NCBI GenBank assembly: GCA_963781025.1
Contig: CAWADU010000001.1
Span: forward strand, 5,558 to 69,557
DNA from: an uncultured Alphaproteobacteria bacterium
GTDB taxonomy: Bacteria; Pseudomonadota; Alphaproteobacteria; Sphingomonadales; Sphingomonadaceae
DNA: 64,000 nucleotides
Reading direction: 5' to 3'
Part shown: positions 49,370-61,966 of the stretch, piece after piece
Position numbering within the stretch: position 1 is the first letter of the stretch
Layout of the letters: each line of letters starts with the position of its first letter
Program-made: the position numbers and the translations under genes
The notes under the pieces: model-generated
What the model was told of the DNA's origin: nothing
Databases searched by the model: none
Seen by the model: the letters and a program-made list of their open reading frames with translations, nothing else

Positions 49370-50196
49370 TAGTGCGCGGCCCCCCCGTGATCGTCAGGCG
49401 TATGATCGGCGGGACTGTGATCCCTGGCGGTATCTGCCGCAGCACGTCCGCGCGGCCCCTGAAAATAGTCGCGAATCCAGGGATGATCAAATGCCAGAAG
49501 CTCCGTTATCGTCCCGGTCGCCAGCACCTTCTGGTCAGCCAGCACGGCCACCCGGTCGCAGATCGCGTACAAGGTGTCCAGATCATGCGTGATCAGAAAA
49601 ACCGTCAGGTCCAATGTATCGCGCAGCGACCGGATGAGGTTGTCGAACGCCGCCGCGCCGATCGGGTCCAGTCCCGAGGTCGGTTCGTCCAGGAACAGGA
49701 GCAAGGGATCGAGCGCCAGCGCCCGGGCAAGGCTGGCGCGCTTTCGCATCCCGCCTGAAAGCTCGGACGGATATTTAGGCCCCGCTTCGGCGGGAAGGCC
49801 GGTCATGGCGATCTTGTAGGCAGCGATGCCGTCAAGCAGCGCTTCGTCCAGCTCATAATATTCGCGCAACGGAACCTGCACATTTTCAGCCACCGTCAGA
49901 GTAGAAAAAAGAGCCCCTGCCTGAAAAAGCACCCCCCAACGTCGCCTGATCTCCTGGTGCGCCTGCGGCCCCGCGCCAATCATGGATTCGCCAAAGACTT
50001 CGACCGTGCCGGCTTCGGGTTGCTGGAGCCCGATGATCGATCGCATCAGCACCGACTTGCCGGTGCCCGACCCGCCGACCACGCCCAGGATTTCGCCGCG
50101 GCGCACCTTCAGGTTCAGATCGTCGTGGATGACCTGATCGCCAAAGGCGTTTTTGAGGCCCTCGACCTTGATGACGATGTCGTCGCCGCTGCTCAT
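49369..50196 (-). CDS. ABC transporter ATP-binding protein (MlaF-like)
   Basis: Start taken at MSSGDDIVIKVEGL (ATGA overlap with the permease gene). Walker A GGSGTGKS, signature LSGGMRKR, Walker B LLFLDEP. Confidence 0.9.
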   Translation of the reverse strand: MSSGDDIVIKVEGLKNAFGDQVIHDDLNLKVRRGEILGVVGGSGTGKSVLMRSIIGLQQPEAGTVEVFGESMIGAGPQAHQEIRRRWGVLFQAGALFSTLTVAENVQVPLREYYELDEALLDGIAAYKIAMTGLPAEAGPKYPSELSGGMRKRASLARALALDPLLLFLDEPTSGLDPIGAAAFDNLIRSLRDTLDLTVFLITHDLDTLYAICDRVAVLADQKVLATGTITELLAFDHPWIRDYFQGPRGRAAADTARDHSPADHTPDDHGGAAH

Positions 50197-51311
50197 GACC
50201 ACCCGATTTGGCTGAAGAACACCGCGAAAAAGGCGTCGAGCACAATCACGAGGAAAATCCCCTGCACGACGGCGGCGGTGGTCCTGAGGCCTACTTCCTC
50301 CGCGTTTCCTTTGACCTGCATGCCCTGATAGCAGCCGGTGACGGCGATCAGCGCCCCGAAGACCGGCGCCTTGACCAAGCCCACCCACAGGTCGGTGATG
50401 GGGACGACTTCGCGGATGCGCTGGACGAAGGTGGCGGGCGGGATATCGAGCGAGAGCCAGCAGAATATGCCGCCGCCGATGATCGCGATCAGCGAGGAAT
50501 AAAAGCCAAGCACGGGCAGCAGCAGAGTCGCGGCAATCGTGCGCGGCAGGACCAGCGCCTCCATCGGCGACACCCCGATGGTGCGCATCGCGTCGATTTC
50601 CTCGCCGAGACGCATCGAGCCGATCTGGGCGGCAAAGGCCGATCCGGACCGGCCCGCCATCATGATCGCGGTCATGAGCACCCCCAGTTCGCGGAGCGTG
50701 ATCCGTCCGATCAGGTTGATCGCAAAGACTTCGGCACCGAACTGGCGGAGCTGAACGGCGCCCTGCTGGGCGATCACGATGCCGATGAGGAAGCTCATCA
50801 GCCCGACGATGCCGAGCGCATTTACGCCCACCACCTCGAACTGCCGGATTACCGCATTGAGCCGAAACCGCTTCGGGTTGCGGATGACGGTCAGGGCCGC
50901 GACCAGGATGTGGCCGAAGAACTCGACAAACGCGATCAGCGTACGGAAGGCTTCGATGGTCGCCTTGCCCACATCGCTCATCACCCGGGCAAAGGGCGGT
51001 CGGGGATCGGGACGGATTTTTACCGGATGGTCGCCTTCCCCAACCTGTTCGATCAACCGCGTCATACCCGCGTTCGCTCCGGTCAACCGGACCCGGCCCT
51101 CGCGGTTTTTCTGGAATCGATGGATCACGAACGCGCCGACCGTGTCCATCCTTTCGACCTTTGAAAGATCCAGGACGAATGAGCCATCGGTGGGAAGCGC
51201 GGCAAGCCGGTCGGGCAGGTCGCCGATGCGCGCCAGGGTCAGGCGGCCGGAGAGGCCCAGCAACCGCGCGTCGCCATCCTGGTGTTCCTCGAAATCGGCG
51301 CGCGTGGTCAT
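50193..51311 (-). CDS. MlaE-family ABC permease with an N-terminal STAS (MlaB-like) domain
   Basis: 372 aa. The first 100 aa or so (LSGRLTLARIGDL...LDLSKVERMDTVGAFVI) look STAS-like. The rest is an MlaE permease. Confidence 0.88.
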   Translation of the reverse strand: MTTRADFEEHQDGDARLLGLSGRLTLARIGDLPDRLAALPTDGSFVLDLSKVERMDTVGAFVIHRFQKNREGRVRLTGANAGMTRLIEQVGEGDHPVKIRPDPRPPFARVMSDVGKATIEAFRTLIAFVEFFGHILVAALTVIRNPKRFRLNAVIRQFEVVGVNALGIVGLMSFLIGIVIAQQGAVQLRQFGAEVFAINLIGRITLRELGVLMTAIMMAGRSGSAFAAQIGSMRLGEEIDAMRTIGVSPMEALVLPRTIAATLLLPVLGFYSSLIAIIGGGIFCWLSLDIPPATFVQRIREVVPITDLWVGLVKAPVFGALIAVTGCYQGMQVKGNAEEVGLRTTAAVVQGIFLVIVLDAFFAVFFSQIGWS

Positions 51312-51452
51312 AAGGTCGTTACGTTGGCCGATGCAGGCAAATCGGGCAAGACTTGAAAACGCTGGCTTTCGATCAGAAAAAGGGCCGGCACTTCATATTG
51401 TTGCCATAACCACCGGCAAGAGCTGTCCGATGACCAAACCGCCTTATCGCCG

Positions 51453-52232
51453 ATGACGGCCTGGAATGTGCTGCTGCTCGCGGGGCAGCGTCCCGGAACC
51501 GACGCCCTGGCCGCGCATTTCGGAATCGAATGGAAGGCGCTTGTTCCGGTGGCGGGCAGGCCGATGCTCGCCCGTTGTATCGAGAATCTGCTTGCCGTCC
51601 CGGAGATCGCGACTGTGACGGTAATGGCGCAGAAACCAGATGTGCTGCTGGCCGATGAACAGGTGAAGCGGGCGGCCGACGACAGTCGGGTGCATTTCGC
51701 CGTTTCCAATACGGGCATCGCCGCATCGGTCGCAGGCATGGCGGGAGCCCGGCTCGCATGGCCGGTGCTGGTGACGACCGCCGATCATCCGCTGCTGCGG
51801 CCTGAAACGATCAGTTGCTTTCTCGCCAACGCGGAAGATTGCGACATTGCCGTCGGCGTGGTGGAGCGCGGCGTGGTGCGCCGTGCTTTCCCCGACAACA
51901 GGCGCACCTGGCTCCATTTTCGCAAGGGCAGTTGGACGGGCGCAAACCTGTTCGCGCTCAATGGCCCGGCGTCTGCGAATGCCCTCAGGACTTGGGCGGA
52001 GGTCGAACAGCATCGCAAAAAGGGCTGGCGGCTGATCGCGCGGTTCGGGCCGGTGCTGCTGCTCGGCGCGCTGACCCGGACGATCACGCTCGGCGAAGCG
52101 CTCGCGCGGGCGGGGCGGCGGCTGGGTGCGGTTGTGAAGGCGGTCGCGCTCGATGATCCGTTGGCGGCCGTCGATGTCGACAAGCCTTCCGACCATCAAC
52201 TGGCGACCGCGATACTGGAGGGCAGGGCGTGA
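51453..52232 (+). CDS. nucleotidyltransferase family protein (MobA-like NTP transferase)
   Basis: 259 aa. NVLLLAGQRPGTDALA...KALVPVAGRPML. Confidence 0.75.
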   Translation: MTAWNVLLLAGQRPGTDALAAHFGIEWKALVPVAGRPMLARCIENLLAVPEIATVTVMAQKPDVLLADEQVKRAADDSRVHFAVSNTGIAASVAGMAGARLAWPVLVTTADHPLLRPETISCFLANAEDCDIAVGVVERGVVRRAFPDNRRTWLHFRKGSWTGANLFALNGPASANALRTWAEVEQHRKKGWRLIARFGPVLLLGALTRTITLGEALARAGRRLGAVVKAVALDDPLAAVDVDKPSDHQLATAILEGRA

Positions 52233-52900
52233 TCAAGCTCGCGATCTACGACATGGACCGCACGATCACGCGGCACGGTACGTTCACACCTTTCCTGCTG
52301 TACGCGGCGCTGCGCCTTGCGCCGTGGCGGCTCTTTTTTGTGCCGCTCGTGCCGCTGGTGATGCTGCTTTATGCGTTGAAGATCATCAACCGCGCGACCT
52401 TGAAGGAATGGAACCAGACGCTGCTGCTTGGCCCGCATGTCCATCCGGCGGAGCTGAAACCCGTAACCGACGGGTTTGCCCGGCGAACGATTGTGACGAA
52501 CGTCTATCCTCATGCCGTGGAGCGCATTGCCGCGGACAAGGCCGATGATTGGCGCACCGTGCTCGCGACCGCGAGCTATCGGCTATATGTCGAAGCGATC
52601 GCGGATGAAGTCGGCATGGACGACGTGATCGCGACCAACAGCATCATAGGGCTCGACAGCCGTATCCTCGCGAAGATCGACGGCGAGAACTGCTATGGTC
52701 CGGCCAAGCTAAGGATGATCAGCGCCTGGTTGGCGGCACGGGGGATCGATCGCGATCAGGCGCGCATCCGCTTCTATTCGGACCACGCCTCGGACGCGCC
52801 CGTGCTTGAATGGGCGGACGAGCCCTTTGCGGTCAACCCGCACAAGAAATTGCGGCGCATGGCGAAACGGCGCGGCTGGAAAATTATCGATTGGCGGTAA
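52229..52900 (+). CDS. HAD-IB family hydrolase
   Basis: 223 aa with DxD motif IYDMDRTIT and later HAD motifs. 4-nt overlap with the upstream gene. Confidence 0.8.
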   Translation: MIKLAIYDMDRTITRHGTFTPFLLYAALRLAPWRLFFVPLVPLVMLLYALKIINRATLKEWNQTLLLGPHVHPAELKPVTDGFARRTIVTNVYPHAVERIAADKADDWRTVLATASYRLYVEAIADEVGMDDVIATNSIIGLDSRILAKIDGENCYGPAKLRMISAWLAARGIDRDQARIRFYSDHASDAPVLEWADEPFAVNPHKKLRRMAKRRGWKIIDWR

Positions 52901-52920
52901 GGCCTGATCGTCTTTTACGA

Positions 52921-52952
52921 AAAAGGCCGGGATCGCTCCCGGCCTTTTCTTT
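52921..52952. terminator. bidirectional rho-independent terminator between the HAD gene and acnA
   Basis: AAAA-GGCCGGGA-tcgc-TCCCGGCC-TTTTCTTT. Confidence 0.75.
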
Positions 52953-52969
52953 GTCGGCGGTATGGCGGC

Positions 52970-55654
<2,685 letters not shown>

Positions 55655-55850
55655 CGATTGTCCCTCGCTTCCTTGCAGATGTTTGTGATGGGCAGGCCAG
55701 CCACGCTGCTGCGCCCGCTCAGAAAAAGTCGCGCGCGCTTTAGCAAGGGTGGGTGCCAAGGGGAAGAGCAACTCCGGGCGATGCGCTGTAGGTGTTTGAG
55801 CGGCACGCCTGATTGGTGTAACCGGCGGCCCGATCATCATTGGGGATTAC

Positions 55851-57023
55851 ATGGCATACACTGCAAAGCTGCTGCTTCTTGGCTCAGGGGAACTTGGCAA
55901 GGAATTCGTGATTTCGGCGAAACGGCTCGGGTGCCATGTCGTCGCATGCGATAGCTATGCGGGCGCGCCTGCGATGCAGATGGCCGACGAGCGGGAGATT
56001 TTCTCCATGCTCGACGCCGACCGGCTGCGCGAGACGATCGAAAAGCACCGTCCCGACTATATCGTTCCGGAAATCGAGGCGATCCGCACCGAGGTGTTGC
56101 AAGAGGTCGAGTCCCAGGGCTTCACCGTCGTCCCGTCCGCCCGCGCCGCCTTTATGACGATGAACCGCGACCGGATCCGCGAAGTCGCCGCGGTCGAACT
56201 GGGCTTGCGGACGTCGCGCTATCGTTATGCGGAAAGCCTGGAGGAAGTGCGCGCCGGCGCCGCCCACACCGGATTTCCCTGCGTCATAAAGCCGGTGATG
56301 TCCTCGTCCGGCAAGGGGCAGAGCACGGTGAGGGACGAGGCGACGCTTGAAGCCGCCTGGGACTATGCCGTCGCCAATATGCGCGGCGACCGGCGCAAGG
56401 TGATCGTCGAGGAATTCGTCGATTTCGATTATGAGATCACCCTGCTCACCGTCCGCACCCGTGACGGCGTGCTCTTCTGCCCGCCGATCGGGCACCGTCA
56501 GGAACGCGGCGATTATCAGGAAAGCTGGCAGCCGACGCCGATGACCGAGGCATTGCTTGCCGATGCAAAGGCAATGGCCAGGAAAGTCGTCGACAATCTG
56601 GGCGGCTACGGCGTTTTCGGGATCGAGTTCTTCGTCACCCGGAACGAGGTGATTTTCTCCGAACTGTCGCCCCGCCCCCACGACACCGGGATGGTGACGT
56701 TGCTGTCGCAGAACCTGACCGAATTCGACCTGCATATCCGCGCCGTTCTGGGCCTGCCGATCACCGACATCCGGCTCCACGGGCCAACCGCGTCGGCGGT
56801 GATCCTGGCCGACCGGGAGGCCGCGAATTTCCGGCTGAATGGCATTGCGGACGCTCTGGCGCTTGGCAGGCCCGGTCATGACGTGGACGTGCGGATTTTC
56901 GGCAAGCCCGAGACGCGCAAGAACCGCCGCATGGCAGTGGCGCTCGCGTCAGGCGAAACGGCCGACGAAGCCCGGCGTATCGCCGCAGAGGCGGCGGCGC
57001 GTGTCTCGATCGAATACATTTGA
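55851..57023 (+). CDS. purT: formate-dependent phosphoribosylglycinamide formyltransferase
   Basis: 390 aa. [12 protein letters not shown]...ATP-grasp...[14 protein letters not shown]. Confidence 0.93.
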   Translation: MAYTAKLLLLGSGELGKEFVISAKRLGCHVVACDSYAGAPAMQMADEREIFSMLDADRLRETIEKHRPDYIVPEIEAIRTEVLQEVESQGFTVVPSARAAFMTMNRDRIREVAAVELGLRTSRYRYAESLEEVRAGAAHTGFPCVIKPVMSSSGKGQSTVRDEATLEAAWDYAVANMRGDRRKVIVEEFVDFDYEITLLTVRTRDGVLFCPPIGHRQERGDYQESWQPTPMTEALLADAKAMARKVVDNLGGYGVFGIEFFVTRNEVIFSELSPRPHDTGMVTLLSQNLTEFDLHIRAVLGLPITDIRLHGPTASAVILADREAANFRLNGIADALALGRPGHDVDVRIFGKPETRKNRRMAVALASGETADEARRIAAEAAARVSIEYI

Positions 57024-57144
57024 GGCTCAATCGCTACCCAGCGCGCCCAAATTGTCCGATTTTCGTTCTCTGAACGATCAGGCAATTTGGAGTTAAACCA
57101 GAATAAATCTTTTGTAATAATGAATTTCATGGGACAAATTTCCC

Positions 57145-58144
57145 ATGAAAATTCCGTCTGCTGAGGCGAACATTATTGGGGAAGGTTCCGCTCCAGCCGC
57201 TCTGTCCAATAGGGCTCCTCTCCTTATTCATCTCGGATTCCACAAAACGGGGAGCACCTGGCTTTACGAAGAAATATTCCAGTCGTCCGAACGCGGATTT
57301 AGCGTGCCGGTCGGGGAGCCTCGGCATAGACTGGTGCAGCGGCTCGTTGTACCCGACCCTTTATTCTACGATCCCGTTGCCACGGCGAATAATTACGCGC
57401 CTCACCTGAACGCAGCCAAGGAAAAATCCCTGAGCTTGGTGCTCTCGCACGAGCGGCTGTCGGGATACCCGTCGTCGGGCGGCCGCGACCGACAGATGAT
57501 CGCGGAGCGATTGCGGCAAACTTTTCCGGAGGCGCGCGTGCTCATAGTCCTGCGGGAACAGCGCGCCCTCATCAGATCCATGTACAGTCAGCACATTACC
57601 GACGGCGGGGTGGAGTCAATTGGACGGTACCTCAAGACACCGGAACCAGGGTTGGGGCGAAAGCCAAGCTTCTCCCTGTGCCTTTACGAGTTCGACCGAT
57701 TGATCGAGCATTATCGACAATTGTTCGGGCCGGATCGCGTGCTGGTGCTGCCGTTCGAGATGCTGGGAAGGCGTCCGCAGGATTTCGTCGAATTCCATAG
57801 GTGCGTTCTGCGGGACGCCGCGCGTTCCCTTGGGCGAAGTGAAGAAAGCCAATGAGCGTCGACCGCTCTTGATGCAGTACTTCCAGCGTCCCTTGAACTT
57901 GTTATTCTACCACAATGAACTTAGCCCCGGAGCGCTGTTTCATATTCCGCGTTTCCATAAACATTGCAGCCGGTTGCAGCGGCTGTTCGCCGCCATATCG
58001 CCGTGCTTCATCGAGGAGAGGCTGGAGGCACGGCTCCGCCGCGTGATAGAAGAGCATGTTGGCGATCACTATGCGGACAGCAACCGGCGAACACAGGAAC
58101 TGATCGGGATGTCGCTCGGCGAGTTCGGCTATTCGGTGAGATAG
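57145..58144 (+). pseudogene. sulfotransferase family protein, split by a single-base frameshift at about 57795
   Basis: N-terminal ORF has a PAPS-binding 5'-PSB-like HKTGSTWL and a 3'-PB-like VLREQRALIRSMYS. It ends ...PQDFVEF-HRCVL..*. The next frame reads IGAFCGTPRVPLGEVKKANERRPLL... to 58144. Codon usage is atypical: 20 of the first 40 codons end in G/C. Confidence 0.7.
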
Positions 58145-58269
58145 GATCCTCTCCCGGTCGAGCCGACCATAGTTCGGCGCGCGGAGATGTCACACCAGGT
58201 TCGGGTCTCGTCCAGCACCAGGATTGTGCGCCGCGACCCTCAATAAATGCAATGTGCCGCAATGCGCGG

Positions 58270-58356
<87 letters not shown>

Positions 58357-58475
58357 AGGTGTGCTTTGGAGCGGCGCCTTTACGGGGCGTTGGGGCCGCT
58401 TGTCAACGCGTCTGTGTAAGGGCATTGGGTCCAGGCGCAGTCGTTAGTGGCGATCAGTAAGGGACAGGACTTAAA

Positions 58476-59432
58476 ATGGCGGTGGAAACGACCGATAGGC
58501 TGGTGACCGTGGTAGGGGCTTCAGGCTTTGTCGGCCGCTATGTCGTGCAGGAGCTTTGCCGGCTGGGGCTGCGCGTGCGGGCGGTGAGCCGCCATACGCA
58601 GGCCGCGCTTTTCCTGAAGCCGCTGGGCGGGTTGGGGCAGGTGCAGATCGCCGGCGCGGATATTTCGCGGCCTGAAAGCCTCGCCGCCGCCGTTGCCGGT
58701 TCTTACGCGGTCATCAATCTCGTCGGCATATTGAAGGGCCGGTTCGAGTCGGTTCACGCCGATGGCGCGGAGGCTCTGGCGCAAGCTGCCCGCGATGCCG
58801 GGGCGAAGGCCTTCGTCCAGGTGTCGGCGATAGGCGCGGACCCTGCCTCACGTTCGCGCTATGGCCGCAGCAAGGCCGAAGGCGAGGCGCGTGTAACCGG
58901 CGTTTTCCCCGGCGCGACCATTATCCGGCCCTCGGTGATATTCGGGCCAGAGGACGACTTCATCAATCGCTTCGCTCGTATGGTCAAACTGGCGCCTGTT
59001 GTCCCCGTGGTGAAGCCTGATGCGCGGTTTCAGCCGGCATGGGTGGGCGATGTCGGGCAGGCCATTGCCATGGCCGCGGCCGATCCCGGAAAATATGGCG
59101 GCAAGACCTTCGAGCTGGGCGGACCGCGCACCTATGGTTTCCGCGAGCTGCTCGGCTGGATCGCCGACACCGTCCGTTGCCGACGCGTCTTTTTGTCCGT
59201 GCCCGATTCGCTTGGAGAAGTGATCGCCGCGTTCGACTTCATGCCTTGCGCGCCGATCACGCGCGACCAGTGGATCATGCTTCAGACCGACAATGTCGTG
59301 GCAAAGGGCGCTAAGGGGTTTGAGGCGTTTGGAATCAAGCCGACGCCGCTTGAAAGCAAGGCGCCTGACTGGCTGGTCCAATACCGCAAGCACGGCCGGT
59401 TCAATGTCGACAAAAACGCGGCGGCGCACTGA
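58476..59432 (+). CDS. complex I NDUFA9-like NAD(P)H-binding protein (atypical SDR)
   Basis: 318 aa. VTVVGASGFVGRYVVQEL... Confidence 0.85.
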   Translation: MAVETTDRLVTVVGASGFVGRYVVQELCRLGLRVRAVSRHTQAALFLKPLGGLGQVQIAGADISRPESLAAAVAGSYAVINLVGILKGRFESVHADGAEALAQAARDAGAKAFVQVSAIGADPASRSRYGRSKAEGEARVTGVFPGATIIRPSVIFGPEDDFINRFARMVKLAPVVPVVKPDARFQPAWVGDVGQAIAMAAADPGKYGGKTFELGGPRTYGFRELLGWIADTVRCRRVFLSVPDSLGEVIAAFDFMPCAPITRDQWIMLQTDNVVAKGAKGFEAFGIKPTPLESKAPDWLVQYRKHGRFNVDKNAAAH

Positions 59433-59434
59433 CC

Positions 59435-60235
59435 ATGGCCCCTTCGCTTCTGACGATCGTGCTCCTCGGCGTTGTCGAGGAAGTCACCGAATTCCTGCCG
59501 GTTTCGTCGACCGGGCATCTCATCCTCGCCGGCGCGTTGCTCGGCTGGCATGGGGAGGCGTCGAAAACCTTCGACATCGTCATTCAGCTCGGGGCGATAC
59601 TGGCGGTGGTCGTCGTCTACTGGCGGCGATTTGTGGACGTTCTGGCTGGTTTGTTCGGCTGGAAGGCAGGGCCGGTCGCCTTTGCGCGCAATGTGCTGCT
59701 GGCTTTCCTTCCGTCGATGATTATCGGGGCGATGGTCTATTCGGCGATCAAGGCGCTGATGGAATCGCCGCGTACGGTGGCTATCGCCCTGATCGTCGGC
59801 GGCGTCGCGATCCTTCTGATCGAGCGCGCATCGAAGCGTGTCCATACGTCGAGCGTCGAGGGTATGTCCTGGCGCACCGCGCTTGGCATCGGCTTTGCCC
59901 AGTGCCTGTCGATGGTGCCGGGGATCAGCCGGTCGGGCGCGACGATCATGGGCGCCCTGACGCTTGGGGTGGACCGGAAGACGGCGGCCGAATTCAGCTT
60001 TTTCGTCGCCATCCCGACCATGATCGCCGCCACGGCTTATGATCTTTACAAGTCGGGTGGGCATCTCGGCACCGAGGGGCTCGATGCGATTGCCGTCGGC
60101 TTTGTCGTTTCCTTCTTAGTAGCACTGGTTGTGGTGAAGGGCTTTGTCGCCGTGGTTTCCCGCTACGGCTTTGGACCGTTCGCCTGGTATCGCATCGTCG
60201 CCGGCACCGCCGCCCTTATCTGGCTTTCAATGTAG
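59435..60235 (+). CDS. uppP: undecaprenyl-diphosphate phosphatase
   Basis: 266 aa. GVVEEVTEFLPVSSTGHLIL...PGISRSGATI. Confidence 0.93.
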   Translation: MAPSLLTIVLLGVVEEVTEFLPVSSTGHLILAGALLGWHGEASKTFDIVIQLGAILAVVVVYWRRFVDVLAGLFGWKAGPVAFARNVLLAFLPSMIIGAMVYSAIKALMESPRTVAIALIVGGVAILLIERASKRVHTSSVEGMSWRTALGIGFAQCLSMVPGISRSGATIMGALTLGVDRKTAAEFSFFVAIPTMIAATAYDLYKSGGHLGTEGLDAIAVGFVVSFLVALVVVKGFVAVVSRYGFGPFAWYRIVAGTAALIWLSM

Positions 60236-60356
60236 AAAGGTCCGGACCGGATGTTTTATGAGGGCCGGGAAAGCGGCAAAGCGACAGGAAAATCAGCTTC
60301 CGGCAGATAAAGGACAGCAACACTACCCTACAATCGGGAAAGTGCGTGACTTCGCC

Positions 60357-60376
60357 ATGCAAATAGGATATTGCAT
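60357..60376. promoter_or_regulatory. perfect palindrome ATGCAA-N8-TTGCAT upstream of gltD
   Basis: atgcaaataggatattgcat, 24 nt upstream of the gltD ATG. Confidence 0.2.
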
Positions 60377-60399
60377 GTGCGAGAGACGGAGTCGCGCAC

Positions 60400-61853
60400 A
60401 TGGCCGAAAACACGATGCTCAGTTTTGTAAAGACCGGGCAAAGCTATCCGGAAAAGCGTGCCGCCGGTGAGCGGGACGACGATTTCCTTGAGATTTCGCG
60501 CGCCTATATTTTGGAAAGGGCGGAGGAGCAGGCGTCGCGCTGTTCGCAATGCGGCGTGCCCTATTGTTCGGTCCACTGCCCGCTCAACAACCACATCCCC
60601 GATTGGCTGAGGCTTACGGCCGAGGGCCGCTTGCGCGAAGCCTATGAGCTGTCGAACAGCACTTCGACCATGCCCGAGATCTGCGGCCGCATCTGCCCGC
60701 AGGACCGGCTGTGCGAAGGCAATTGCGTGATCGAATTTTCAGGGCACGGGGCGGTCACCATCGGCGCGGTCGAAAAGTTCATCACCGACACCGCGTGGAA
60801 AGAGGGCTGGGTCGAACCTGTGCGCGTCATCGCCGACCGCTCTGGCCAGTCGGTCGGTATCATCGGCGCCGGGCCCGCGGGGCTGACGGCGGCCGAGCTG
60901 CTGCGCGTGAAGGGCTATGATGTCCATGTCTACGACCGGCACGACCGCGCGGGCGGCCTCCTCACCTATGGCATCCCCGGCTTCAAGCTGGAAAAGGATG
61001 TTGTGATGCGTCGGGTGGACCGGCTTGAACAGGCCGGCATTCATTTCCACCTGGGCTTCGAGATCGGACGCGATGCGACGCTCGAGGACCTTCGCGAAAA
61101 GCACGATGCCTTGCTGATCGCGACCGGCGTCTACAAGGCGCGCGACATCATGGCGCCCGGCGTCGGCAATGACGGGGTGGTGAAGGCGCTTGATTATCTG
61201 ATCGCATCGAACCGCAAGGGCTTTGGCGATAGCGTGCCGGAATTCGAAAGCGGCGCGCTCAATGCGGAAGGCAAGCATGTCGTCGTCATCGGCGGCGGCG
61301 ACACGGCGATGGACTGCGTCCGCACCGCGGTGCGTCAGGGTGCGAAATCGGTGAAATGCCTCTACCGCCGCGACCGGGCGAACATGCCCGGCTCGCAGCG
61401 CGAGGTGGCGAACGCCGAGGAGGAAGGGGTCGAGTTCGTCTGGCTCTCGGCCCCCGAAGCGTTCGACGGCGACGGTCAGGTATCGGGCGTGCGTGCCGCG
61501 AAAATGCGCCTCGGCCAGCCCGACGCCAGCGGCCGCCGCGCGCCGGAGCCTGATCCGGGTTCGGAATTCCGGCTGGAGGCGGAGCTTGTCATCAGGCGCT
61601 GGGTTTTGATCCCGAAGACCTGCCCGGCGCGTTCGGATCGCCCGATCTCAGCGTCACCCGCTGGGGCACGCTCCGCGTCGATCACAAGACGATGCAGACC
61701 AGTCTCGAAGGCGTGTTCGCAGCGGGCGACATCGTGCGAGGGGCTTCACTGGTCGTCTGGGCGATCCGCGACGGCCGCGACGTGGCGGCGAAGATGCACA
61801 TGTTCCTGAAGACGCAAGCAGAGGCGGCAAAGGCCGAGAAGGTGGCGGCTTAA
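60400..61853 (+). pseudogene. gltD: glutamate synthase small subunit, single-base deletion at about 61594
   Basis: ORF 60400..61809 is good GltD up to ...FRLEAELVI, then nonsense. The -1 frame gives [71 protein letters not shown]... ending with TAA at 61851-61853. The junction atcAggcg looks like atcAAggcg minus one A. Confidence 0.9.
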
Positions 61854-61966
61854 CCACTGCTTGTCACCCCGGCACAGGCTGGGGTCATGCAGAGGCGGGA
61901 TCAACCATTGATCAGTATGGAGCCGGCCTTTGCTGGCCTGACGGAATTTTACGAAGGTTGAACGTC

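Noticed and set aside
57024-58269. The sulfotransferase segment, and the 18886-19440 patch, as integrated mobile elements.
   Set aside because: There is no integrase, excisionase or transposase. I could not find a direct repeat of the tRNA 3' end at the distal border by eye. They are reported only as atypical-composition patches.
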